Shown here: piece after piece, positions 28,057-36,964 of the stretch
Layout: every line of letters starts with the position of its first letter
Numbering within the stretch: position 1 is the stretch's first letter
Source of the DNA: Acidobacteriota bacterium
GTDB taxonomy: Bacteria; Acidobacteriota; UBA6911; RPQK01; JAJDTT01
Assembly (NCBI GenBank): GCA_965217775.1
Contig: CBDCJH010000002.1
Span: forward strand, 2,592,001 to 2,656,000
DNA: 64,000 nt
Direction of reading: 5' to 3'
Program-made: the position numbers and the translations under genes
The notes under the pieces: generated by a model
The model's input: the letters and a program-made list of their open reading frames with translations, nothing else
Databases searched by the model: none
Told to the model about the DNA's origin: nothing

Positions 28057-28205
28057 TGTGCGAGCGTCCGCTACTCCCTCCTCTATCCGTCCACGTGTCA
28101 ATTTTAAGGAGGAACCCGGACGAAATTGGCCCAAATAAATGAAAGCCGGGTGATATTTTGATCCGTATAGTGATACTCTAGTGAAATATTCCACCCGGAC
28201 CGCTC
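28043..28205 (-). promoter_or_regulatory. Putative promoter/operator of giant gene 2, in the divergent region shared with the hybrid regulator
   Basis: Near copy of 15061-15220, including the inverted repeat at 28146-28198. Confidence 0.55.
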
Positions 28206-28310
28206 TCGCTGCCGTCTGCAGAGCGCGGAGCGTAGCGCCCCCGGATCCTCCCAGCGATGCTGGGGGACGGGGCACCGGGTCTTGCTCCGGGATTTGACGG
28301 GGGAGGGAAA

Positions 28311-30653
28311 ATGAAGAGTAGCGACGAATTGAGGCGAGAGAACGACGCGCTGCGAGAGCGCATCTCCCGGCTGAGCGCCGCCATCCTGCGCATCAGCGCG
28401 ACCCTCGACGTCGGCGCCGTCCTGCGCGAGGTCGTGGACAGCGCCCGCGCGTTGACCCGCACCCGCTACGGCGTGATTGCGACCCTCGACGACGCGGGGC
28501 AGCCCCAGGAGTTCGTCTCGTCCGGCCTCACTGCGGAAGACCACGAACGGCTGATGAGCTGGTCCGGCGGGAGGGAGCTCTTCGAGTGCCTGCGGGGGCT
28601 TCGGGGAACGCTGAGACTGCGAGATCTGCCCGATTATTCCACCTTGCTCGACTATCTCCCGAACCTGATGGGGTCGAAGACCATCCAGGGAGCGCCCATG
28701 CACCATCGGGGCGTGCACGTCGGCAATTTCTTTCTCGGCGGGAAGGAGGGAGAGCCGGAGTTCACGAGCGCGGACGAAGAGACCCTGGTGCTGTTCGCAT
28801 CTCAGGCAGCGACGGCCATCGCCAACGCCCGCACGCACCGGGACGAGCAGCGGGCTCGGGCCGACCTGGAGGTCCTGGTCGAGACCTCGCCGGTGGGCGT
28901 GGTGCTCATGGAGGCCAAGACCGTCAAGCCGGTATCGTTCAATCGGGAGGCGATGCGAATCGTGGAAGGTCTGTGCACACCGGGTCAATCCACGGAGGAG
29001 TTGCTGGAGATCGTGACCTGCCGGTTCGGCGACGGGCAGGAATTCTCCGCGAGAGAGTTTCCGCTGGCGCAAGTGCTGGGCAACGCTACCCCGGTACGCG
29101 CCGAGGAGATCGTCCTCCGGGTCCCCGACGGCCGGAGTGTCACGACGCTGTTCAATGCCTCGCCGGTCCGTTCCGAGGACGGCACGGTCGAGTCCGTGAT
29201 CGTCACCCTTCAGGACTTGGCTCCACTGAAGGAGCTGGAGCGGTTGCGGGCCGAGTTCCTGGGTATGGTGAGCCACGAACTCCGGGTTCCGCTGACCTCC
29301 ATCAAGGGCTCGGCCGCCACCGCGCTGCGGGCGTCGCCGACCCCGGACCCGGCCGTGGTGCAGCAGTTCCTCCGCATCATCGATGAGCAGGCCGATCACA
29401 TGCACAGCCTGATCGACGATCTGCTGGATGCGGGTCGCATCGAGGCGGGCACGCTGGCGGTCGGCCCCGAGCCGACGGAGGTGGCCCGCTTGGTGGAACA
29501 GGCCAGGAACATGTTCCTGAGTGGAGAAGGCCGGCACACCGTCCAGATCGACCTGCCGCCGGATCTGCCCCGGGTGATGGCCGACCGCGGCCGCATCGTC
29601 CAGGTGTTGACCAACCTCCTGTCCAACGCGGCCCGGCACTCGCCCGAGGCGTCCCCCATCCGGGTTGCCGCGGAGCGGAAGGGCGTTCACGTGGCGATCT
29701 CGGTCTCCGACAAAGGCCAAGGGGTACCGCTGGATCAACTGCCGCACCTTTTCCGGAAGTACGCGCGTGGCGGCGGCGATCGCGGGATCAGGGGATCCGG
29801 TCTGGGTCTGTCCATCTGCAAGGGTCTGGTGGAGGCCCACGGGGGGCGCATCCGCGCCGAGAGTGGCGGGACCGGCCTGGGCACGCGGTTCACCTTCACG
29901 ATTCCGGTGGCGGAGGACGCCGCGACCGGCTTCGCCCGGAGCTCTTCCCGCCCGCCTCGGGAAGAGCGGGAACGAACCCGCATCCTGGTGGTGGACGACG
30001 ACCCGCAGACGCTCCGCTACGTGCGGGACGCGCTGGCGGACGCCGGCTACTCCCCCCTGGTGACGGGCGATCCTCAGGAGGTGTCCGGCCTGATCAAGTC
30101 GAAGCAGCCCCGGCTGGTGCTCCTGGACCTGATACTGCCCGGGGTCGACGGCATCGAGTTGATGGAGCGGGTCCCCGCGCTGGCCGATCTGCCCGTCATC
30201 TTCATCTCCGGCTACGGACGGGACGAGACGATCGCCCGGGCCCTGGAGGCCGGGGCCTCCGATTACATCGTCAAGCCCTTCTCACCGACGGAGCTGACGG
30301 CGAGAGTCCGGGCGGCCCTGCGCCGGCGCGACGAGCCGCCCGAACCCTTCCGCTTGAGAGAATTGGCCATCCACTACGAGGAACGCCGGGTGACCGTCGC
30401 CGGCCGTCCGGTGCAGCTTACGACCACCGAATACAAGCTGCTGCGCGTGCTCTCGGTCAACGCCGGACGGGTCATGACGTACGGTTCCCTGCTGCGCCAA
30501 GTGTGGGGCCGGGAAGAATCCGGCGACATCCGACCGGTGCGCTCCTTCGTGAAGATGCTCCGCCGCAAGCTGGGCGATGACGCCGCCAACCCGGCCTATA
30601 TCTTCAACGAGCGCCGGGTCGGCTACCGCATGGCCAGACCCGGCGGCCGGTGA
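28311..30653 (+). CDS. Single-chain hybrid sensor kinase/response regulator: GAF-PAS-HisKA-HATPase-REC-OmpR winged helix
   Basis: EFLGMVSHELRVPLTSIKG H-box, NLLSNA, GSGLGLSICKGLVEAHGG, ILVVDDD, LLDL, YIVKPF, YIFNERRVGYRM; GGAGGG RBS before ATG 28311. Confidence 0.93.
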   Translation: MKSSDELRRENDALRERISRLSAAILRISATLDVGAVLREVVDSARALTRTRYGVIATLDDAGQPQEFVSSGLTAEDHERLMSWSGGRELFECLRGLRGTLRLRDLPDYSTLLDYLPNLMGSKTIQGAPMHHRGVHVGNFFLGGKEGEPEFTSADEETLVLFASQAATAIANARTHRDEQRARADLEVLVETSPVGVVLMEAKTVKPVSFNREAMRIVEGLCTPGQSTEELLEIVTCRFGDGQEFSAREFPLAQVLGNATPVRAEEIVLRVPDGRSVTTLFNASPVRSEDGTVESVIVTLQDLAPLKELERLRAEFLGMVSHELRVPLTSIKGSAATALRASPTPDPAVVQQFLRIIDEQADHMHSLIDDLLDAGRIEAGTLAVGPEPTEVARLVEQARNMFLSGEGRHTVQIDLPPDLPRVMADRGRIVQVLTNLLSNAARHSPEASPIRVAAERKGVHVAISVSDKGQGVPLDQLPHLFRKYARGGGDRGIRGSGLGLSICKGLVEAHGGRIRAESGGTGLGTRFTFTIPVAEDAATGFARSSSRPPREERERTRILVVDDDPQTLRYVRDALADAGYSPLVTGDPQEVSGLIKSKQPRLVLLDLILPGVDGIELMERVPALADLPVIFISGYGRDETIARALEAGASDYIVKPFSPTELTARVRAALRRRDEPPEPFRLRELAIHYEERRVTVAGRPVQLTTTEYKLLRVLSVNAGRVMTYGSLLRQVWGREESGDIRPVRSFVKMLRRKLGDDAANPAYIFNERRVGYRMARPGGR

Positions 30654-30972
30654 GGGCCCCCATCGGTGTGGGCGCTCTCGCCGATCGGCCACACGCCTCC
30701 GCAAGCTGGTCGATCGGGGCTTGCAGGCATTACTTGACGCCTACCGTTCCGGTGCCACGCACGGGCTGTTGTGACGCCGCTTGGTCGAATGTCAACGTCA
30801 GGCCCGCGGCTAGGAGTCTGCGCGGTAGAAATGATCGTAGCGAGAAAGTGGGGAATCGAGGCCAGATTTTCTCGATTTGGAGGTGCATAGTCGTTCTATT
30901 CGCCGAGAAATCGAGGAAATATGGACCGATTCTACCGCTTTCGCAGTAGATCAATTTCTGCCGCGCAGGCTC

Positions 30973-32319
30973 CTAGTTGGCGACCCAGTTGTAGCCTTCG
31001 CCCCGGGATATGAAGGGACCCCAGGGGCGCTTGTCCAGTACCTGTTCGGCGAGCCGCAGGAAGTTTCCGCCGATGATCTTCCGGATTTCGTCATCGCCGA
31101 GTCCGCGGCAAACCAGTCCCACCGTGAAGTAGGGCCAGTTGCTCCAGGACATGGGCCGGGGTGGGTCGTCCGGCGTAAAAGTCACGTTCGAGGGGATGCC
31201 CACGTGGTCAATGCCGGCCACCTTGATGGCGTGTTCCAGGTGGGGGAACCAGGCATTGAAGGAAAAATTGGAGTCCGGATCGTGAGAGAAGTCTGCGGCC
31301 ATGATGCCCGCGACACCCCCCTTCCGAGCCAAAGTACGAAGATAGTCGTCGTCTTCGTTCTTGTAGTAGTCGTCGACCGCCCGGCAGGCCGTGTGGGCGT
31401 TCATGACCGGTTCGCTGGAGGCCTCGATGGCATCCAGCCCCGAGCGGTGGCCGCAATGGGCCAGATTGACGATCATTCCCAACTCGTTCATCCGGCGAAC
31501 CACCCGCCTGCCGAGCAAGCTGAGTCCTTTGTCTCTCTCTCCGTCGAATTCGTCCGAGGAGGCCAGACTGTTCTTCTCGTGAGATGTCAACTGGGAGACA
31601 CGGACTCCCAGGGCAAAGAAGAGATCCAGGGTCTGAAGCGGATCGGGAGTCATGGCGAACCAGTTGGCGCCATGGAGGTGCAGGAGTACGGCGACCTTTT
31701 CGTCCCGCCGGGCTGCATCCAGGTCGTCCACCCCCGATACCCGCCGGGCGTCGGCCTTGATCTTGTCGTAAACGAACCCGGCCCGTGCCGTGTGCTGGAG
31801 ACCGGCGCGGAAGCTGGGTTCATGGAAGTGCCCCACATCTTCCACCGCCAGGTCCATGCCGGCCAGGCGATACAGGTTCCGGTAATCCTCCCGCCATTGG
31901 GGGTCGAAGGCCGATTCAAAGGCCTTCATGTCCCGCCACCGGTTGAGCACCCGTTGCTGGATCTCGTCCCGGTCCGGACCCGCCCGCTCCAGCTTGTTTC
32001 GGTAGCTCTCCAGCTCACGCTTCAGACGGTCTCCCTTCCAGATGAAGAGAGGATCCGCCACATAGAGACAGCCGCTGAGGTCGGCGACGTAGCTGCCGTA
32101 ATGCAGCTCGAAACCCCGTTCCAGTTGGCTCCGGGTCGGCTTCAGCTCTTCCAGAACCGCATGCCGGCAGGCGTCGACAACCTTCCGGATCTCCGGCCGG
32201 AGCGTGACCTGACGGAAGTCCTCCGGAATCGGATTGCTCCTCTGGGTCCGGACATGGGTCGGGAGTGCTGCCCCTGCCAGGGAGGCTCCGACGAATCCGC
32301 GCCTTGAAAGCTTTTTCAT
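30973..32319 (-). CDS. Tat-exported membrane dipeptidase-like protein (peptidase M19/amidohydrolase), copy A
   Basis: MKKLSRRGFVG; GLSLLGRRVVRRMNELGMIVNLAH; AGIDHVGI; IRKIIGGNFLR; start chosen to match the 448-aa paralog. Confidence 0.85.
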   Translation of the reverse strand: MKKLSRRGFVGASLAGAALPTHVRTQRSNPIPEDFRQVTLRPEIRKVVDACRHAVLEELKPTRSQLERGFELHYGSYVADLSGCLYVADPLFIWKGDRLKRELESYRNKLERAGPDRDEIQQRVLNRWRDMKAFESAFDPQWREDYRNLYRLAGMDLAVEDVGHFHEPSFRAGLQHTARAGFVYDKIKADARRVSGVDDLDAARRDEKVAVLLHLHGANWFAMTPDPLQTLDLFFALGVRVSQLTSHEKNSLASSDEFDGERDKGLSLLGRRVVRRMNELGMIVNLAHCGHRSGLDAIEASSEPVMNAHTACRAVDDYYKNEDDDYLRTLARKGGVAGIMAADFSHDPDSNFSFNAWFPHLEHAIKVAGIDHVGIPSNVTFTPDDPPRPMSWSNWPYFTVGLVCRGLGDDEIRKIIGGNFLRLAEQVLDKRPWGPFISRGEGYNWVAN

Positions 32320-32348
32320 TTTCCCGTTCTCTCTTTGCGATGGTGTGG

Positions 32349-32437
32349 GGAGCGGCGGTTTCCAACCGCCGAATCCGGGAATGGTGAAATGAGCGCACTG
32401 GGGAACGGAGGAATAGGCGATAGGAAAACGCCCCTCC
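32349..32437. repeat. GGAG-family REP doublet
   Basis: ggagcggcggtttccaaccgcc ... ggcgataggaaaacgcccctcc; spacer and second arm resemble 35440-35500. Confidence 0.7.
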
Positions 32438-32452
32438 ATGCCAAGGCCGCGG

Positions 32453-33799
32453 CTAAGTGGCCACCCAGTTGTAGCCCTCGCCTCGGGCGATGAAGGGACC
32501 CCAGGGGCGTTTGTCCAGCACCTGTTTGGCGAGGCGCAGGAAGTTTCCGCCGATGATCTTCCGGATCTCGGCATCGCTGAGTCCGCGGCAAACCAGTCCC
32601 ACCGTGTAGTAGGGCCAGTTGCTCCACGACATGGGCCGGGGTGGGTAGTTGGGCATAAAGGTCAGATCCGAGGGGATGCCCACATGGTCAATGCCGGCCA
32701 CCTTGACGGCGTGTTCCAGGTGGGGAAACCAGGCGTTGAAGGAAAAACCGGAGTCCGGATCGGGCGACAGGTATCCGGCATACATACCCGCGACACCCCC
32801 ATTCCGGGCCAGCGTACGAAGATAATCGTCGTCTTCGTTCTTGTAGTTGTCGTAGATGGCCCGGCAGCCCGTGTGGGCATTGATGACCGGTTCGCTGGAG
32901 GCCTCGATGGCATCAAGCCCTGACCGGTGCCCGCAGTGGGCCAGGTTGATGATGATTCCCAATTCGTTCATCCGGCGAACCACCCGCTTCCCAAGCAAAC
33001 TGAGCCCGTTGTCTCTCTCACCATCGAAATCGTCCGAGGAGGCCAGGCTGTTCTTCTCGTGATAGGTCAACTGGGAGGCACGGACTCCCAGGGCGAAGAA
33101 GAGGTCCAGGGTCTGAAGCGGATCGGGAGTCATGGCGAACCAGTTGGCGCCATGGAGGTGCAGGAGGACGGCGACCTTTTCGTCCTGCCGGGCTGCATCC
33201 AGGTCGTCCGCTCCCGATACGCGCACGGCGTCGGCCTTGATCTTGTCGTAGACAAACCCGGCCCGCGCCGTGTGCTGGAGGCCGGCGCGGAAGCTGGGTT
33301 CACTGAAGTGCCCCACGTCTTCCACCGCCAGGTCCATGCCGGCCAGGCGATACAGGTTCCGGTAGTCCTCTCGCCACTGCGGGTCGAAGGCCGATTCAAA
33401 AGCCTTCATGTCCCGCCATCGGTTGAGCACCCGCTGTTGGATTTCCTCCGGGTCCAGACCGTCCCTCTCCAGCTTGTTTTGGTAGCTCTCCAGCTCACCC
33501 TTCAGACGGTCTCCCTTCCAGATGAAGAGAGGATCCGCCACATAGAGACAGCCGCAGAGGTCGGCGACGTAGCTGCCGTAATGCAGCTCGAAACCCCGTT
33601 CCAACTGACTCCGGGTGGGCTTCAGCTCCTCCAGAGCCGCATGCCGGCAGGCGTCGACGACCTTTCGGATCTCCGGCCGAAGCGTGACCGGACGGAAGTC
33701 CTCCGGAACCGGATTGCTCCTCTGGGTCCAGACATGGGTCGGGAGTGCTGCCCCTGCCAGTGAGGCTCCGACGAATCCGCGCCTTGAAAGCTTGTTCAT
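32453..33799 (-). CDS. Tat-exported membrane dipeptidase-like protein (peptidase M19), copy B
   Basis: Same motifs as copy A and near-identical in sequence; MNKLSRRGFVG, GIDHVGIPSD. Confidence 0.87.
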   Translation of the reverse strand: MNKLSRRGFVGASLAGAALPTHVWTQRSNPVPEDFRPVTLRPEIRKVVDACRHAALEELKPTRSQLERGFELHYGSYVADLCGCLYVADPLFIWKGDRLKGELESYQNKLERDGLDPEEIQQRVLNRWRDMKAFESAFDPQWREDYRNLYRLAGMDLAVEDVGHFSEPSFRAGLQHTARAGFVYDKIKADAVRVSGADDLDAARQDEKVAVLLHLHGANWFAMTPDPLQTLDLFFALGVRASQLTYHEKNSLASSDDFDGERDNGLSLLGKRVVRRMNELGIIINLAHCGHRSGLDAIEASSEPVINAHTGCRAIYDNYKNEDDDYLRTLARNGGVAGMYAGYLSPDPDSGFSFNAWFPHLEHAVKVAGIDHVGIPSDLTFMPNYPPRPMSWSNWPYYTVGLVCRGLSDAEIRKIIGGNFLRLAKQVLDKRPWGPFIARGEGYNWVAT

Positions 33800-33901
33800 T
33801 TTTCCTGTTCTCCCTCTGTGATGGTGTGATCTCCGTTTGGCTCGACTGCTTTCGAGTTTCGTCTACGTTACTAAGATTCTCCCGCACCGACCAGATTCCA
33901 A

Positions 33902-33982
33902 GAGAGAAGGGGACAGTCTGTTTTCCGGGACGGACGAGAGAAGGGGACAGTCTGTTTTTCGGGACGTGTTTTTCCGGGACGG
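33902..33982. repeat. Direct repeat array left of the RAYT gene
   Basis: gagagaaggggacagtctgtttt(c/t)cgggacg twice with a 34-bp period, plus a partial third copy. Confidence 0.85.
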
Positions 33983-34205
33983 AAGGCACAGGGCAGACCA
34001 CATAGGTGTCGGCTCCTTCGGCTGCCACAACGACTCAGGTGGTCACTTGGTCGAGTTTCCCCGGTTGCTTCCGGAAACCCGAATTTTGCGGATTTTCTTG
34101 AGTTTCCTTCGCCTTTCTCAGTTCTGAATCGTTGTTTTCATCAGAGGTGAGAGGTGCGAACCGATCCCCGCCGAGTCCGAGTCCGGTTAACCAAGGACCG
34201 TCGCC

Positions 34206-35141
34206 ATGGCCCGAGCCGCACGACACAAAAGCACAGAAGCCGCCTTCTATCACCTCACCAATCGAGTCGCCGGCCGGTCCGATTGGTTCCCCTTTAAAAA
34301 CGACCAAGCCCGGCACAAACTCCTGGACATGATGTTGTTCTACGTCAATGCCTACCGGTGTCGTTTGGCCGCGTTCCAGATCATGGGCAATCACTTCCAC
34401 TTCGTCGTCCATTTTGAGAAACCTCGCGCCTTGTCCCGCGACGAGTTGATGGACAGCGCCCACAAGCTTTATGGACGACAGGCAGAGAAGAAAACCGCCG
34501 ATTGGACCGTCGCCCAATGGAAGGATTTCAACCAGCGTCTCTTTGACGTGTCGAAACTGATGCAGAACGTGGACGGGCTGTATGCCCGGTGGTTCAACCT
34601 GAAGTTTGAACGGCGAGGCCATTTTTGGAGTGATCGCTTCAAGAACGCGGAACTCTTGGGAAGCGAAGCCGTCCAGGACGCCATCCTCTACGTGGAACTC
34701 AATGCCGTCCGGGCCGGACTGGTCAAGCGGCCCGAGCAGTGGAAATGTGGCTCGGCCCGCTGGAGACTCACCGGCGAGGATCAAGACCTGATTCCACTGG
34801 AGGAACTATTCCCCGCGGACCCCGGAACCGACCTGTACAGCAGTTACCGGGCTCGCTTGTACTATCGAGGAGCCGTCCCCACCCGGGAGGACCAGGCCGC
34901 GATCCCCCGGTGGATCCTCCAGCAGGAGGACCGACGCGGATTTACCCGTGCCGGAGCTTTTCGCCGGCGTTTGCGATTTCTGACGGACGGATTGGCCGTC
35001 GGGCCGGCAGAGAAGGTGGCGCAACTGCTGGAGACTTATCGGCAGCAAGGTCGATATCGACGTCGCCGACACCCCATCCCCCAACTGGGCGGAGTGCTGT
35101 TTTCCCTGCGGGAGCAGCGCTCGAACGCCTTCGTCTCGTAG
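34206..35141 (+). CDS. REP-associated tyrosine transposase (RAYT; Y1/HUH, IS200-like fold), long form
   Basis: FYHLTNR, IMGNHFHFVV (HUH), GHFWSDRFK, YVELNAVRAGLVKRPEQW (catalytic Tyr). Confidence 0.9.
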   Translation: MARAARHKSTEAAFYHLTNRVAGRSDWFPFKNDQARHKLLDMMLFYVNAYRCRLAAFQIMGNHFHFVVHFEKPRALSRDELMDSAHKLYGRQAEKKTADWTVAQWKDFNQRLFDVSKLMQNVDGLYARWFNLKFERRGHFWSDRFKNAELLGSEAVQDAILYVELNAVRAGLVKRPEQWKCGSARWRLTGEDQDLIPLEELFPADPGTDLYSSYRARLYYRGAVPTREDQAAIPRWILQQEDRRGFTRAGAFRRRLRFLTDGLAVGPAEKVAQLLETYRQQGRYRRRRHPIPQLGGVLFSLREQRSNAFVS

Positions 35142-35341
35142 ACTCGCCTGATCGCCGACCGACGATTCTGCCACCGCGGCACCGAACGACCCAGATCACG
35201 GGAACCACCCAATAGACTCTGGACTTTCCCCATTTTTCTGACGGTTCAGGAGAACAGCATAAGCAGGTTTGAACGAGGATCGCGACGAGGCGGTCCAATC
35301 CCGGCGGCCCGGCCACGGCCACGGCCATACAAGGGACCGTT

Positions 35342-35440
35342 CCGGGAATCGAGACTGTCCCTTTCCGTAGCCCGGGAATCGAGACCGAGCCCGGGAATCG
35401 AGACTGTCCCTTTCCGTAAGTCGCAGTCGCAGTCGCAGTC
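35342..35440. repeat. Direct repeat array right of the RAYT gene, followed by a GTCGCA microsatellite
   Basis: ccgggaatcgagactgtccctttccgta twice plus a partial copy; core AGACTGTCCCTT is the reverse complement of the left-array core; (gtcgca)3. Confidence 0.85.
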
Positions 35441-35502
35441 GGAATGGGAGAATGAGCGCCCCGGGGAACGGAGGAATGGGCGATTGGAAATCGCCCCTCC
35501 TT

Positions 35503-36738
35503 TCAGTCGGAGGCTTTTTCGATCCGATACAGATGGGTGTCGCTGCGAATCAGGAGCGACCGGCCGGCGATGGCCATGGACGCCAGGGTCCGTCCGTCCA
35601 GTTGGTTTTCGGCCAACTTGTCGAAACGGCGTCCCGGTCTGATGACCATCGACTTGCCGTCCTCGTCGAGAAGGAAGATCTTGCCGTCGGCGAAGGCGGG
35701 CGAAGCAGAGAAGTTGCCGCCCAGCCGTTCCCGCCAGTGCAGAGTTCCCTTCTTGGCGTCCAGGCAGGTGAGGATTCCTCCGTCGCTGACGAAATAGATC
35801 TCATCCCCCACGATCAGAGGGGAGGGCGTGACGGGAACCCCGCGCTGCCAGGTCCAGACCACGTGTGACCTGGTGACGTCTCCACGGCCATCGGGCCGAA
35901 CGGCATACAGCATGGGCCGGCCGAGCGCGGGATTGACCAGGTAGACCAGACCGTGGACGTAGAGCGGCCGGGGAACCTGGGAGAAGCCGACGTAGCGGAT
36001 CCACCAGAGTTTCTTGCCCGTGTTCAGTTCGTAGGAGACGGCCACGTTGCCGCCGGTGCTGATCACCTGACGCACACCGGCGTCGTCGATGACCAGAGGC
36101 GTCGAATAGGCCATATCGCCATCCTGCCGCAGGGTCTTCCACCGGAGGCTGCCGTCGTTTTTGTCCAGAGCCGCCACGAACTGCGTATCGGTGCCGTCGC
36201 AACTGATCAGAAGCAGGTCATCCGCGAGGGCGGGCGTGGCCCCCGGTCCGTACTGCTCCACATAGCGCAGGCGCCGGCTCTTCCAGAGAATCTTGCCCCG
36301 GGCGTCGAGGGACGCGGTGCCGAAGTCGCCGAAATGGACGTAGACCCGGTCCGCTTCCAGGATGGGCGTGGGAGAGGCCGACGAGTTCTTCGCGTGCAGC
36401 GAGGGGGGACCTTCCAGCGCGATGACCTCGACGTCGTGGAGAAGATGGCCCGAAGCGAAGTCGAGACCCAGGGCGCGAAGCGAGTGGCGCCCCTGCGGTG
36501 TATCGCCCTCGGAGATCCCGGTGGTCAGCCAGATTTTGCCGTCCCGTATCACGGGCGAGGACCATCCCTGTCCGGGAATGGGGACTTTCCAGATGACGTT
36601 TTCGGATTCGCTCCAGGTCAGAGGGAGGTCGACGGCATCCGAGTGCCCTTGGGCCGTCGGCCCCCGAAACTCGGGCCAGTCCTGTCCGGGAAGCAGGCCC
36701 AGGGAGAGAGTCGACAGCAGGAAAAGATTCACGGCCAT
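35503..36738 (-). CDS. PQQ-binding-like beta-propeller repeat protein
   Basis: DWPEFRGP, WSESENVIWKVPIPGQGWSSPVI, ASPTP, YSTP; start may alternatively be 36816. Confidence 0.88.
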   Translation of the reverse strand: MAVNLFLLSTLSLGLLPGQDWPEFRGPTAQGHSDAVDLPLTWSESENVIWKVPIPGQGWSSPVIRDGKIWLTTGISEGDTPQGRHSLRALGLDFASGHLLHDVEVIALEGPPSLHAKNSSASPTPILEADRVYVHFGDFGTASLDARGKILWKSRRLRYVEQYGPGATPALADDLLLISCDGTDTQFVAALDKNDGSLRWKTLRQDGDMAYSTPLVIDDAGVRQVISTGGNVAVSYELNTGKKLWWIRYVGFSQVPRPLYVHGLVYLVNPALGRPMLYAVRPDGRGDVTRSHVVWTWQRGVPVTPSPLIVGDEIYFVSDGGILTCLDAKKGTLHWRERLGGNFSASPAFADGKIFLLDEDGKSMVIRPGRRFDKLAENQLDGRTLASMAIAGRSLLIRSDTHLYRIEKASD

Positions 36739-36964
36739 GAATCGACTCGCGCGTCCTCTGAACTCCCGAACCGATCCCGGACCATCCGATTGCGAGAGGC
36801 CTGAATTTCGTTTCACGATATTGGCGTCATTGTCGAGCCGTTTCCGACCCGGCAGAGGTTCGGACTGAAGAGAGCGGCAACGTCCAGTGGCATGACGAGG
36901 CCTTTGTAGGCGCTTCCGCCCCCGGTGGATCCGAAACGGGTCCCTGATTGGAGCCGGTCGTCCG

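Noticed and set aside
203-28138. Many long + strand ORFs (for example 20017-23409, 1130 aa)
   Set aside because: Arg/His-rich antisense shadows of the two giant high-GC minus-strand genes; no protein motifs.
33902-35440. Direct repeats as a possible CRISPR array
   Set aside because: Only 2-3 units, no unique ~30-bp spacers and no cas genes in the window.
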